From Epithemia pelagica (Eukaryota; Protista; Bacillariophyta): 64,000 nucleotides of DNA. The stretch is from positions 434,001 through 498,000 of the forward strand of contig OX337239.1 in assembly GCA_946965045.2 (NCBI GenBank). The letters run 5' to 3'. A program made the translations under genes and the position numbers. Below are positions 1-11,262 of this stretch, in pieces (the first letter of the stretch is position 1; every line of letters begins with the position of its first letter). The notes under the pieces were generated by a model, which saw nothing but the letters and a program-made list of their open reading frames with translations, was not told where the DNA came from and made no database searches.

Positions 1-7
1 CTTGTTC

Positions 8-267
8 TTAGAGAGGCTGGACAAATCTTGTCTCGCGCGAACTTTCCATAGACGAACCAAATGAATTTCCTTCTCGTTCCTCTCGTACATTCCCCGACTC
101 AATATTGTAGGTTTCACCAAAAAAGATGGTAAAACGTCAGACAAATTGGCGAGAGAGAGATTGGCGTGATCGGAACCAAGAAACAACAGATGCTGGCAAA
201 CAGAGGACCAAAACCATATGCGTCTCTCTGATCTGCTGCCAGTACCCGCAATGAAAACATCGCAATT
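8..267 (+). repeat. ~260-bp direct repeat, copy 1 (upstream region of the 274..1206 gene)
   Basis: gagaggctggacaaatcttgtct...gatctgctgccag...catcgcaatt recurs, diverged, at about 1252..1510. Confidence 0.85.
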
Positions 268-273
268 GGATCC

Positions 274-1206
274 ATGATCCAGCACCAAAGCCCACCATTG
301 AAACAAGAAGCATCATCCAGAGCCACGGATCATCGCCCACGAAGAGGTTCGGCAACCGTCTATTCACCTCCTGGGTCAACCCACATTCAATCTTATCCCA
401 TTCATTGGCCCGAAACGGATGCATCTGCTGCGAATCAAGGCGGCGAAGAGATCCTGACTTTGCCATTCATGGACTATCCCACGAAACAAGAACAAGAACA
501 GGAGGTCCTGACTTCTCCTCTCCACAACACACTGATTCGAAGCCATAGCATGTCCATGATCAATCGAAGAGGATCCTTCTCCTCGAACGATGAAGAAGAA
601 AAACAAGTGGACGCATCTCTTGCCGCCGCTCTGGAAGCCTCCTCGAACCACAACAACAACACACTGGAGGAAGCAATTTCCAAAAAGGAAGCCGAAACCT
701 GCTGGTTTACCTTCAAGGAATGCAAGCAAATGAAGGCCGATACATCATCCTATGCCTTTCGGTCGGCTCGGTATCTGGCGAATCAAGATCCCAATGAGAT
801 GCAAAACGCATTGGCCATGGGATACAAGACCTGTTGTGAGACGCTCGAACCCTTGACCAAGGCACAAGTCGGTCTCATCAAAAAGTGTCTGGAACAAAGT
901 CGTTCGACTGGATTGGAACAAGTCTTGATTGAATCCATCAAGTTGATTAGCCATGACAAGAAACTTCGTCGTCAAAAAATGTTGGCCATGGTGGCGTACC
1001 GAAGCACGATATCAGCCGAGTTGAGCGAGGACGAACAAGCTGAGATGGTGCGACAAAAGTGCGCCGAACTCAGTCGTCCGGGAGAATTGTTTGCCTTGGC
1101 CATTGGTCAAGCCCAACAACAACAACAACAAGTCCATCGTTCGGGCGAATCTGGACACACCAAGGCGGCTCGTCGACCGTCTCTCTGGGATCGCCTACGA
1201 GCGTAG
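274..1206 (+). CDS. hypothetical protein (310 aa), diatom-type family of unknown function
   Basis: Single long ATG ORF with a low-complexity N-terminus and a helical C-terminal domain (CWFTFKECKQMK...RGLE-like...SRPGELFALAIG). Confidence 0.65.
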   Translation: MIQHQSPPLKQEASSRATDHRPRRGSATVYSPPGSTHIQSYPIHWPETDASAANQGGEEILTLPFMDYPTKQEQEQEVLTSPLHNTLIRSHSMSMINRRGSFSSNDEEEKQVDASLAAALEASSNHNNNTLEEAISKKEAETCWFTFKECKQMKADTSSYAFRSARYLANQDPNEMQNALAMGYKTCCETLEPLTKAQVGLIKKCLEQSRSTGLEQVLIESIKLISHDKKLRRQKMLAMVAYRSTISAELSEDEQAEMVRQKCAELSRPGELFALAIGQAQQQQQQVHRSGESGHTKAARRPSLWDRLRA

Positions 1207-1251
1207 TAGATCGCACGCCTTCATGAGATAACACTATATACTTGTGTGTAC

Positions 1252-1510
1252 TAAGAGAGGCTGGACAAATCTTGTCTTGCGCGAACTTTCAATAGACGAA
1301 CCAAAAGAATTTCCTTCTCGTTGCTCTCGTACATTTCCCGACTCATATTGTAGGGTTCACCAAACCAAAGATGGTAAAATGTCACGCAAATGAGCGAGAG
1401 AGAGAGAGTGACGTGATTGGAACCAAGAAAACAACAGATGCTGGCAAACAGAGGACCAACCATATGCGTCTCTCGGATCTGCTGCCAGCAACCGCAATGA
1501 CAACATCGCA
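1252..1510 (+). repeat. ~260-bp direct repeat, copy 2, not followed by an intact ORF
   Basis: Aligns by eye with 8..267. Confidence 0.85.
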
Positions 1511-1704
1511 ATTCTCATGCAACGCATTCCATGGTTGAAACTTTCAACCATGGTGGACCTCGACCCATTCCACATCCATTGGTACGTCAACTCTTACCGT
1601 GTCTCTCTCTCGGTATATAGAGAGATACCCATCAAGTCAGAAGCATGTTACGCAGATGAAAAGCGCCATTGCCCCCGAGACGATCCGCGTTGTCAATCGC
1701 ATGA

Positions 1705-1788
1705 TAGACGCTACCGGTCGATGGCCAGACTGTTTTCGTTGTCGATCGCCTGTTAGACGCTACCGGTCGATGGCCAGACTGTTTTCGT
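1705..1788 (+). repeat. 35-bp direct repeat with 49-bp period
   Basis: tagacgctaccggtcgatggccagactgttttcgt at 1705 and 1754. Confidence 0.9.
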
Positions 1789-1858
1789 CTGTCCAGGTGG
1801 CGTGGCCGGGTTCCTCCGTTCCTCCTCCGCCGCATCCAACCGGTGAGAATTTCTGTCA

Positions 1859-2015
1859 TGAATCTTCGTTGGAGGCTTAAGTGGAGCACGCGTTCGACAC
1901 GTGGCACATTTCGAATGTGGTAAGAACATTACGACTATTGCCTTTGTATTGCCTTTGAGCGATATGGGGGACTGTAGACTTCGTCTATACTGCTGTACCC
2001 GTATCCGGAGATTCG
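1859..2015. promoter_or_regulatory. two YGAATCTH (PSR-type phosphate-starvation) motifs upstream of phosphatase paralogue 1
   Basis: tgaatctt at 1859; gagattcg (reverse strand cgaatctc) at 2008. Confidence 0.5.
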
Positions 2016-2129
2016 ATTCGACCAAAGAAGAGAAGGTTTGTGGTTTGGATACAGTTGGCAAACGAGTGAGGCTGGAAGAAGAATACCCATTGCACGTGTG
2101 GACTGTATCCTACTAGAGACCACACGACG

Positions 2130-4987
2130 ATGATGATGAAGACTGCGGCAAGGACGATGATTGCCGTTCTCGGCACGTTGTTGTTCGCCGTCCACTCGGA
2201 GGCTTCCAAATGTGAACCCGACACGGCGTGGGCCGAAGGAATGGAACAGGTACGAAACAAACGTGGCTCTTTGTTCGTGTTGGTTTGGGAACGGCTCGTT
2301 TTTTCTCACTCTTATTTCGCGTCGTTGGTGGCAGGTGTTTCTCAATGGGGAATGGCCAACCGGTCCCATTGGATCGATTACTCAATTGATTCCTGATGCC
2401 TCTGACGCCGCCAGATCGGGCATTGACGTTGTCGACGGACAAAGTGGAGATATGGACTTTCCTCATGGAAAATTAAAGACTCTTGCGGTACGTTCCTAGA
2501 ATCAAGACTTGTAGAAGCACTGTCATTTTCTTCTCACTAGTATTGTTGTGGTTGGTCCGTGGTTCATGAATGTTTTTGATGAATAAAAAGACGGTTGGAG
2601 AATACAGCATTTGCAAGGACTCGGTGGGTGAAATGATTGTGGGTGTCCCCGATGGTTTGGGTGCCTATCTCTACGACGATGACACGGTTCGTCTCATTGT
2701 CCAGTCCGAAAGTTATGGCCCCTTGCGCTACGAATCCTACCCCTTTTATGTCAATGACGGCAAGGCCTCCTTTACCGGCAGTCATTTGCAATATGTGGAT
2801 TACGAACGCTACGATTTGGCCATGTACATGCAAGCCTCTTCGAATAATAATACGACCCGGGCCTCGAGTTTTGTCAAGGGCATGGGGGAGGTGATTCGAT
2901 ACTCGTACAATTTAAAGGGCGAACCCGTGGGTCCCCGCGTCCGGAATGGCCGTACCACGGTGGGAGCGCATTATTCCAATACCGACGTCTTGGGCAATTA
3001 CATTGTGGACCGAGCACAACCGGCCCGGGCCGATTGGTTAATGCAATCCCTCTGTTCGGCGCACATGGAAGAGAAACATCAATGGGGAGACGGAATTGGG
3101 TTGGAGGACAATGTCTACTTTACCAATGAAGAGTGGATGACCTACCAGGCCGGAACCATGAATGTGGTGGGCATTGCTCCTCATGCCATTGTACGTACCG
3201 GAATCATGGTTGTTGCTGGATCCCTCCATATGTGCCGTTGGGACCTGGTACAAACTCACACACGTTGGCTGGTTCTTGGGATTGTTTCACCATTCTCTCC
3301 TTGTTCGAAACGGATCTACGAATAGGACGTGGAGAATCATATTGACTATGCCTTGGGTGTCTTGACGCAAGGTGGTTTCGAAAAGATTGTGGAAATCAAC
3401 TCCATGCATCCAGATTATATAGTCTTGGCCATTTCGGGTAGGTCCAATGTGTACAATACCAACCCATTCTGTCATTGGGTGTCCCTCGTTTCTGACATGA
3501 TTGTCGTCGTTCTTGTTGTTGGATTGTGCAGGATACAATGGACCCTGGGGCGGAGTGGACAAGGATGGGATTGTCAACAATCGCAACATTTTGTACAGTC
3601 GCAACGATGGGGAACCCTTTGTGTGGCCCCAAGACAATCATCCAGCCCGCATTTACATTGGTCAAAAGGGCAAGAACGAACAGGGTCATTCGGCCCACGA
3701 CTTTTTGTCCCGCAATGGATTGCGCTATGGACAATTGTATGGCTTTGCCATTGACATGACCCCGCAGGGTCCCACGGGGGGTCTGTGGAGAGATCCGGCC
3801 CATCGGGTCGTCCAAAATGGATTCCGCGTGCCGGGCAAGTTTGCTCCCATTGAATGGAGATGGACCGGGCATGTCGTGTAAGTGTCTTCCGCAAGGCCAA
3901 CCTGTACACAAGGACACCTTTTGGCATGAGCCCTGTGGTTCGTGTCGAAGCCCTTTGAGCACTCCCTCTCTCACACACACACTCTCTGTATTTTTTCCGT
4001 TTGGTGTGTCTTTACAGGGACTTTGTCCACGACGGTTCGTGGGACTTTCAAGACATGCCCCTCCATGTTCCGGACGGATACCGGTTCTGGAATGGCGAAG
4101 GACCGAACCAAAAGGGATGCAAGACGGAACACTTGTCTCCCGATCCTCGACTGGGTCAATCGGCCTTTGTTCAGACCTCGACGTGTGGCTATTTTGGCCA
4201 TTACTATTTGGAATCGCTCGGCGAGGTCTTACGGTCCACCCAAGACTTTCCCTCGTCGATTGACGCCACATATTATGTGTATGAAGCCGAACGAAGCATC
4301 TTTGATCAGATTGAATTGGGCGGCAAGGGTCTCTATGCCAATGGCCAAGATGCGCGATGGAATTGCGATTCGTCCAGTTTGAACACCACGACCAACCAGT
4401 GCAGCAAGACCACCTTTGAAGACATTGATGGCTTTGAAATCATTGAAGCCCAGCATGGACAACTCTATGCCATAATTCAAGAAGACAGTGGCAACAATTT
4501 TGGCGAACGCATGTTCATTACCGGTCCACTCGAACATTTGGACGACGGCCGCGATTTGACCTATTACTTTGTGGCCTTTAGTGGTGGTCGGTTGAATTCT
4601 CGAGGAAGCGTGGGCATTCCGGCTGGTACCAACGGTCAAGCCAACTCGCATGAATTCTCCGGTGTCTTTGACTTGTCCGGTCTCTTGGCCATGGAAATGG
4701 TCGAAGTCGATCCTCACGAACTGGTCGCCCAGGGTCGACACTTGCCCCAACATCATCGTCACATTCGAGAATCACCGCACGACAGAAAGTATTATTTTGT
4801 CAACTTTTTGGTGAGTGCCGATGATACCGGTGTGGCCAAACGGGCCGCCGATCGGACCGTCGACATTAATGACAAGTCCATTGTCGTTGTCTTGCAAGCC
4901 CACAATTTGTTTGGTGGTGTCATTGCCGATTTGCAATTGGATCGCGGTGGTCAGTGGTTTCTCTACCAACCACGGCTCCGACGATAG
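2130..4987 (+). CDS. secreted atypical alkaline phosphatase (EHAP1/PhoA-aty/PhoX-like), paralogue 1; 6 exons, ~766 aa
   Basis: Exons 2130-2249, 2335-2487, 2591-3190, 3326-3437, 3532-3877, 4018-4987 join in frame across GT-AG introns; signal peptide; motifs SESYG, SLCSAH, TNEEW, FLxRNGLRYG, KxEH, EDIDG, IQEDSG, HEFSG, GGQW. Confidence 0.8.
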
Positions 4988-5411
4988 AGAAACGTTTACA
5001 AGAGTATATGCGTACATAGTGTTTGTGGACCTAACGTTATAATATATCTACCACCGCTTTCTCCTACTCCTAGTTCCTTCTCGTTTCGTCGCTCGAAAGT
5101 GATACAGTTGTTGTCGTCCTTTCAAAGAGGGATTCGACCAGAGGAAGATATCCAAGGGCAACCGTCGTCAACCACCTAGATTCTGGCCGTTTGATTACTG
5201 AGGAAAAATGTCCAACGCGTTTTGGATGGCGTCGACAGAGGCAGAGGACTGCCGTCGTCGACTGGTGGTTCGACCGACACGATCCGACAACGACACCACC
5301 ACCACCACCACCAAATTGTTTGATTGGTACGTTTTATAGTAGGTATATATATGGAGCAGCAGAGAGACAGGTGGTGGGCCTCCACCGTCAACGAGACTGT
5401 CGTGGCCAAGA

Positions 5412-6337
5412 GAGATTCGACCACGACAATCCATGTCGAAACGACCAAATGTAGGTGCACCTCCAGAATCAAGAAGTCGGTCGAAGGTCTTCATGTCCAA
5501 CTTTTGTCGGAAACCTTGAGAGAAACCCAACTGACAAGGAAAGAAGAGAGCGAGGCCAAGTATCGGATAACAGTTGCGTCAAAGCGGCCTTTCGTCGTGA
5601 AGGAGAACGTGACAGTCCACAGCTCTCGAACAACATGTTGTTAGTTGGGCTAGATCATGTGTGTCTTTGGCTGTCGTACCTCCTGACACCGGCTGTCAGC
5701 TTCGCCAATGCATCGGAACGAACGCGGTTGATTCAGAACGAACGAAATGAACGGTTGGTAACAGATGCTGTCTCGTTGTTACGGAAGATCCAACCGACAG
5801 AAACACACAAGAATGAAGCGATCTTTTGGCTGCTGTGCGTCAGAAAGATCCAATCGAATCTTTCATTGGGATGAATGAAGACATGATGTCAGACTGTCTG
5901 TTGGTGTCGCTGAATCTTTTGGATACCCCTCCAAATCTTTTTCTCTCTACTGACTGACTGTACGAGTAAGTAGGCTTCCTGATCCTGATGCTTCCGCCTT
6001 GGATTCGAGATCTTGTGTGTGTGGTCCGGGCTGCCCTCCTTCTTCGGCTGGAGCTGGAGAAGTTGGGCTCGACGCGAACAGACAATGTGAGCAACACATG
6101 CACCTTCGTTTCCCCCTTGGCACTATCTAGCACATTGTAACGTACGAACGCGTTGGTTCAAACGAATCTTCCCCAAATTTCGTCGGAAGTATGCTTTTGT
6201 CACATAAGCCCGTAAGAATAAATGAGGCTATGATCGCCTTTTTCATTCATTATCTCAGAGTGAATCTACTCTCACGAACTCCAACGTCACGGCTCGTTTG
6301 GGGGATTGTAGGCATTTCTGCGAAAGAAAAAGATTCG
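5412..6337. promoter_or_regulatory. cluster of six YGAATCTH motifs upstream of phosphatase paralogue 2
   Basis: Matches at 5412(-), 5855, 5911, 6163, 6261, 6330(-). Confidence 0.6.
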
Positions 6338-6475
6338 TTGGCTCACCCAGCAAAAGCCTTCTCCTCTCAAAATCTTTTGCTCGACGGTCGACGAGGAAGA
6401 GAGAGTCACTCTCATTTCTCATAATCTCTTTGGACTGAAGAAGAAGAAAGCAACAACAACAACAACAACAACAAG

Positions 6476-9085
6476 ATGAAGTTTGCTTCTGCCGTTGTTG
6501 CCTTTGCCACCATGAGCGTTGCCTCTGGCGCTATCTGTGAAATGGACTCCCCCATTGCCGAAGGTATGGAACAGGTAAGTGGCACCGTCACTGTGTTGGT
6601 TGTTCTCGACTCTCAAAACTCTGACACAAATCCTGTTCTCCTTACTCGTCTTGTCTGCTTTCTCTTTCTCTCAAAGGTGTTTTTCAATGGAGGATGGCCC
6701 ACAGGTCCAGTTGGATCCATCCAAGAAATCATTGCCGATGCTGCGGATGCCGAAGCCTCTGGTGCCCCGATTGTCGATGGAAAGAGTGGAAACACTGACT
6801 TTCCCCATGGTGACTTGAAAGCCCTTACCGTAAGTCAAAAGGTCTTGGGACAGGTATAAATATGTGCAAGATGATTACACAAGTACTAACCTATTCGGCA
6901 TCTATCTCTTTGTGTTAATCGACAGACTGTTGGAGAATACAGTATCTGCGAAGCGACTGCCGGAGAAATGATTGTCGGTGTCCCCGATGGTCTCGGAGCC
7001 TACCTCTACGACGACCACACAGTCCGTGTGATTGTCCAGTCCGAGAGTTATGGTCCTCTCCGTTACGAGTCCTATCCTTTCTTTGTCAACGACGGCGCCG
7101 CCTCGTTCACCGGAAGTCACGTTCAATATGTCGACTACGAACGTTACGACCTTGCCATGTTTATGGAAAACAAGGAGCCTGCCTCCAAGTTTGTCAAGGG
7201 CATGGGTGAAGCGATTGAATACTCGTACAACCTCAAGGGTGAAATGGTCGGTCCCCGTGCCCCCGAAGGCATGCCCACCACGGTCGGTGCCCATTACTCC
7301 AACACTGACGTCGCTGGTAACTACATTATCGACCGTGGTTTGCCCAACCGTGCCGATTGGCTCATGCAGTCCTTGTGTTCGGCCCATTTGGAAGAAGTTC
7401 ACCAATGGGGACCCGGTATTGGTATGGAAGACAATGTCTACTTTACCAACGAAGAATGGATGACCTACATTGAAGGCACTGTGGACCTTGTCGGTATTGC
7501 CCCCCATGCGATTGTAAGTTGTTCTGGTTCGTTGTTTGTTTGATTCGATTCGATTCAAGTTGTGGACACTCATCATTTTTGGTTTCACAGGATGTTGCCA
7601 ATCACGTCGACTATGCTTTGGGTGTGTTGACCCAAGGAGGATTCGAGAAAATTGTCGAAATCAACTCCATGCACCCCGATTATATCATCCTTGCCATTTC
7701 TGGTACGTTTCTAGAGCTGTCCATGTTGACGTTGCCTTGACAACAGTCATCTCACTTTTTGTCCTTCCACGTTTTCCTTAGGATACAACGGAGCCTTTGG
7801 CAAACTTGACGAGACAGCCATTGAAGCCAAGAGAAACGCCCTTAAAGGTGGACGTTCCAATGGTGGATCGTACGTGTGGCCGAAAAACATCCATCCGGCC
7901 CGTATCTATGTCGGAAAGAAGGGCTTCAATGAAGCGGGAGAGCCTGCCCATGACTTTTTGGCCCGCAATGGTCTTCGGTATGGTCAGCTTTATGGATTTG
8001 CCATTGACATGACAGCGACTGGTCCCACTGGAGGTCTCTGGCGTGACGAAGCCCACAAAATGGTTGGCAATGGTTTCGAAGTCCCAGGAATTTTCGCTCC
8101 CGTTAATTGGACGTGGACTGGCGAAGTTGTGGACTTTAGCGAAGATGCTTCCTGGGATTTCCAAGATACCCCTCTCAATGTCCCTGCCGGCTACGAGTTC
8201 TGGAACGCCAAGGGTAACGATGAAGGCGGATGCAAGTGCGAGCACCTTTCTCCCGACCCACGACTTGGAAAGTCTGGTTATGTCCAGAGCAGTACATGCG
8301 GATACTTTGGACATTACTACCTCAACCATATCGACCAGGTCTTGGCTGCTGTTGCTGCTGCGGGTGGCGGATTTCCAGAGTCCATTGACGCCACATACTA
8401 TGTCTATGAAGGAGAACGAAGCATCTTTGACCAAATCGACTTGGGTGGCAAGGGCCACTACAAAAATGGACAAGATGCTCGATGGAACTGTGATTCGTCC
8501 AGTTTGAACGAGACGACCAACATGTGCAGCAAGACAACCTTTGAAGACATTGATGGGTTCGAAGTTGTTGAAGGAAAGGACGGAAAGCTTTACGGAATCA
8601 TCCAAGAAGACAGTGGAAACCGTTTCGGTGACCGCATGTTCATTACCAGTCCATTGGAACATCTTGACGATGGCAACATGCTTACATACTACTTTGTTGC
8701 CTTTAGTGGTGGAAACTTGAACTCTCGTAGCGCCGTTGGTATCCCCGCAGGAACTGCTGGAGACCCAAGTGCCCACGAGTTCTCGGGAGTCTTTGACTTG
8801 TCGGGTCTTCTTGCCATGAACCGTATCGAAGTGGACCCCTCCGATATCAATGCTCACCATGGCGAAAGGAAGATTCGCGAACTCTCCGGAAAGTACTACA
8901 TGGAGGAATTCATGGTTCGTGCCGATGATACTGGAGTCGCCAAGCGTGCCGCGGATCGTTCGGTTGACATCAACGACAAGTCAATCATTATTGTTCTCCA
9001 GGCCCATGACTTGAAGGCAGGTATGATTGCTGATCTTCAGTTGGATCGTGGTGGCCAATGGTACATTTACCAACCTGACATTTAA
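6476..9085 (+). CDS. secreted atypical alkaline phosphatase (EHAP1/PhoA-aty/PhoX-like), paralogue 2; 5 exons, ~751 aa
   Basis: Exons 6476-6574, 6677-6829, 6926-7513, 7591-7702, 7782-9085 join in frame; signal peptide MKFASAVVAFATMSVASGA; same motifs as paralogue 1. Confidence 0.82.
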
Positions 9086-9848
9086 TTGATTCACCAAATC
9101 TTCTCGTCACATGCATATATTTTGTTAACCAACATGAATCGATAATCTTCCATTACATGTAGTCTCCCCTTCTCTCTATTTTGAAGCTGTTAGTCCGAAG
9201 AAAGCGTGTAAGATTGACAATCACTAGATGATGGAAAATGTGAGGGAGCGAGTCTCAGGGGTAGGGCCTAATTCTTGATCACTCTCCTACGAGGATCCTC
9301 GCAAACATCTGAATTAGCCCCTGCACTGCACTTAGAGGATGCACTCGCCATTTTTCATCCGTTGAACATGATTACTCCTATTTATCAGTTTTTACATGTC
9401 GTAGACCGTTATTTACGGTTTACTTGTTGACAGAATCATCAAGGCTAGAGGGCTAAAACCATATAGCAGCGACCCTAAGGGTCTATATTAAGGGTACAAT
9501 AACAGGTAGGCGCCAAAGCGACCCTCGGAGAAACACACTGTCTAGGTACGACAAACGACAACACAAAGTTCTTATCCATTCGATCAATGGATGGATTGAA
9601 ACACTGTTGTTAGCCGTGCAGCCATAGCGATCGACCTCGCGCTCTGTTTGAGAAGCGTCTTTCCTTTTGCGAAGCCGCCATTGCAATTGCCATACCTCTT
9701 TTGTATCGTCACATCGGGTGCTCTCTTGTTGGTGTATGCTCCACGAGAGACTAAGTGAGCGAATGTTGTTGTTCTTGTTGAGATTCGAATCCATATTCCA
9801 TATCTCTAGAACTACCCAGCACCAGCTTTTTGTCCCAAGAGGTTCCAG

Positions 9849-9998
9849 GCGCGACTGCAGTTGACATGGAGAGTTGGTGTCAATTTGTGCGTCAACGTCC
9901 AGTATTCGACATGATGACGATGATGAGACGATAGCGTTTCACCATTCGAAATCAGAGAATTGCGGCGGAGAAAAATGGCCGGGGAGCCATGGTTCTGG
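9849..9998 (+). repeat. shared upstream module, copy 1
   Basis: Blocks gcgcgactgcagttg, aacgtccag..gacatgatgac.atgatgagacga, gccatggttctg occur in the same order at 13184..13399. Confidence 0.7.
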
Positions 9999-10095
9999 TT
10001 CAGTCGGGGATTGATTCTGTCAATCTCAATGCTAGGAGTAACCACTAACCACACACCCCACTGATACTACTGGCAACAGCCGCACCACCTCCGAA

Positions 10096-11195
10096 ATGAT
10101 TCAAATGTTGACACAGCCAGATTTGTCGGCGGCGGAAGCGTCCTCTTTGCTGATGTCCAAGGCCGGAATATCCGTCGATTGGATTTTGGACGTCTTTTGT
10201 CGAATCCCCCGTTCATGGCAACGGTATCGAAGGCCGATATCCGTCGATTGGATTTTGGACGTCGCTTGTCAAATTTCGTTCATGGCAACGGTATCGAAGG
10301 CCGATTGTAATTTGTTTTTTGTGCGTGAGGTCTGTGTCATTCAACTGCTTCAAGCTCGACTGGATATATGGTCAGGCCCACTTGTGAACCATGTCGAGGT
10401 ACTTCATAAATCTTTGGATGATGCAACCAAAGCATCCTTTCGTGGTGGTGCGATCATACATGAGTTACCCACCTTGTTCTTGTCCTATACAGGTCGGTAT
10501 TCGTTCTCCCAGTTCATCCAAGTTTTAGAGAAAATCCGAGGCGAATACATATGGACTAACGTTTTTTGCGTTGATCAGTTTGCTTGGACTGGACAAAGCA
10601 AGTCCCAAGCCGTCACGCAACTCCGCAATGACTTGATCAACGGATTGCCGGAACAAATCCAGAGCATCAAGAGAATTGTCTTGGTTTTGGAAAACTGGGA
10701 TCAAGTCCGTGATACATTGAACCAAATTTGGGTGCGTTGGGAGGTATTCCATGCCGTTATAGAGTCGAGGCCAGTGCAGAACTATTGATGAGCCAAGCCG
10801 AGTTGAAGGATTTCCTGATAGCTGTTTCAGTGAGGCATGATCAAGTCCAGCAAGCCCTTGCACAAATCAAGACTACAGAAGCGAAATCAAAAGACAATGC
10901 TGCACGTGCAGAGATCTTCAAAAACAGAGGCCAAATTGCTGATGGAAACAAGTGTACGAGGATGGTCATCGGGATGACCAATGACCATCCTCATACACTT
11001 GTTTCCATGAACAATATGGCCGCATTGCCAAGTACGCGACGACGTGATGACAAAGCCTCACGGTGTCGTCGCGTACTTGATGATGGCGTTGATCTCCCGT
11101 CCAAGGGGGGCACACCGCATGCGGAAAACGGTTGGGAGCCGTGGAACGACGCCCAAAACCATGCACTGGAAGAATCTTTTGTATCTTATCATTGA
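10096..11195 (+). pseudogene. kinesin-light-chain-like TPR family gene remnant (frameshifted, truncated)
   Basis: Overlapping ORFs 10096-10788 and 10728-11195; TLFLSYTGRYS/YIWxxVFCVDQFAW N-terminal module; one HPHTLVSMNNMA TPR motif; ~70-bp internal tandem duplication at about 10161-10305. Confidence 0.7.
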
Positions 11196-11262
11196 ACGGA
11201 AAGAACATCATGTTGTTGGGTTTCGTCTTCCATTGCATAGATTTAAATGAATTACTTTGGGT

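Noticed and set aside
7778-8860. Long antisense ORFs (also 34635..35738, 45120..46463, 15841..16809, 29202..29828)
   Set aside because: They are shadows of well-supported genes on the opposite strand and carry no recognisable motifs
9262-9325. Imperfect inverted repeat downstream of phosphatase paralogue 2
   Set aside because: Short stem with a bulge; compatible with chance, and no second copy was seen in the window
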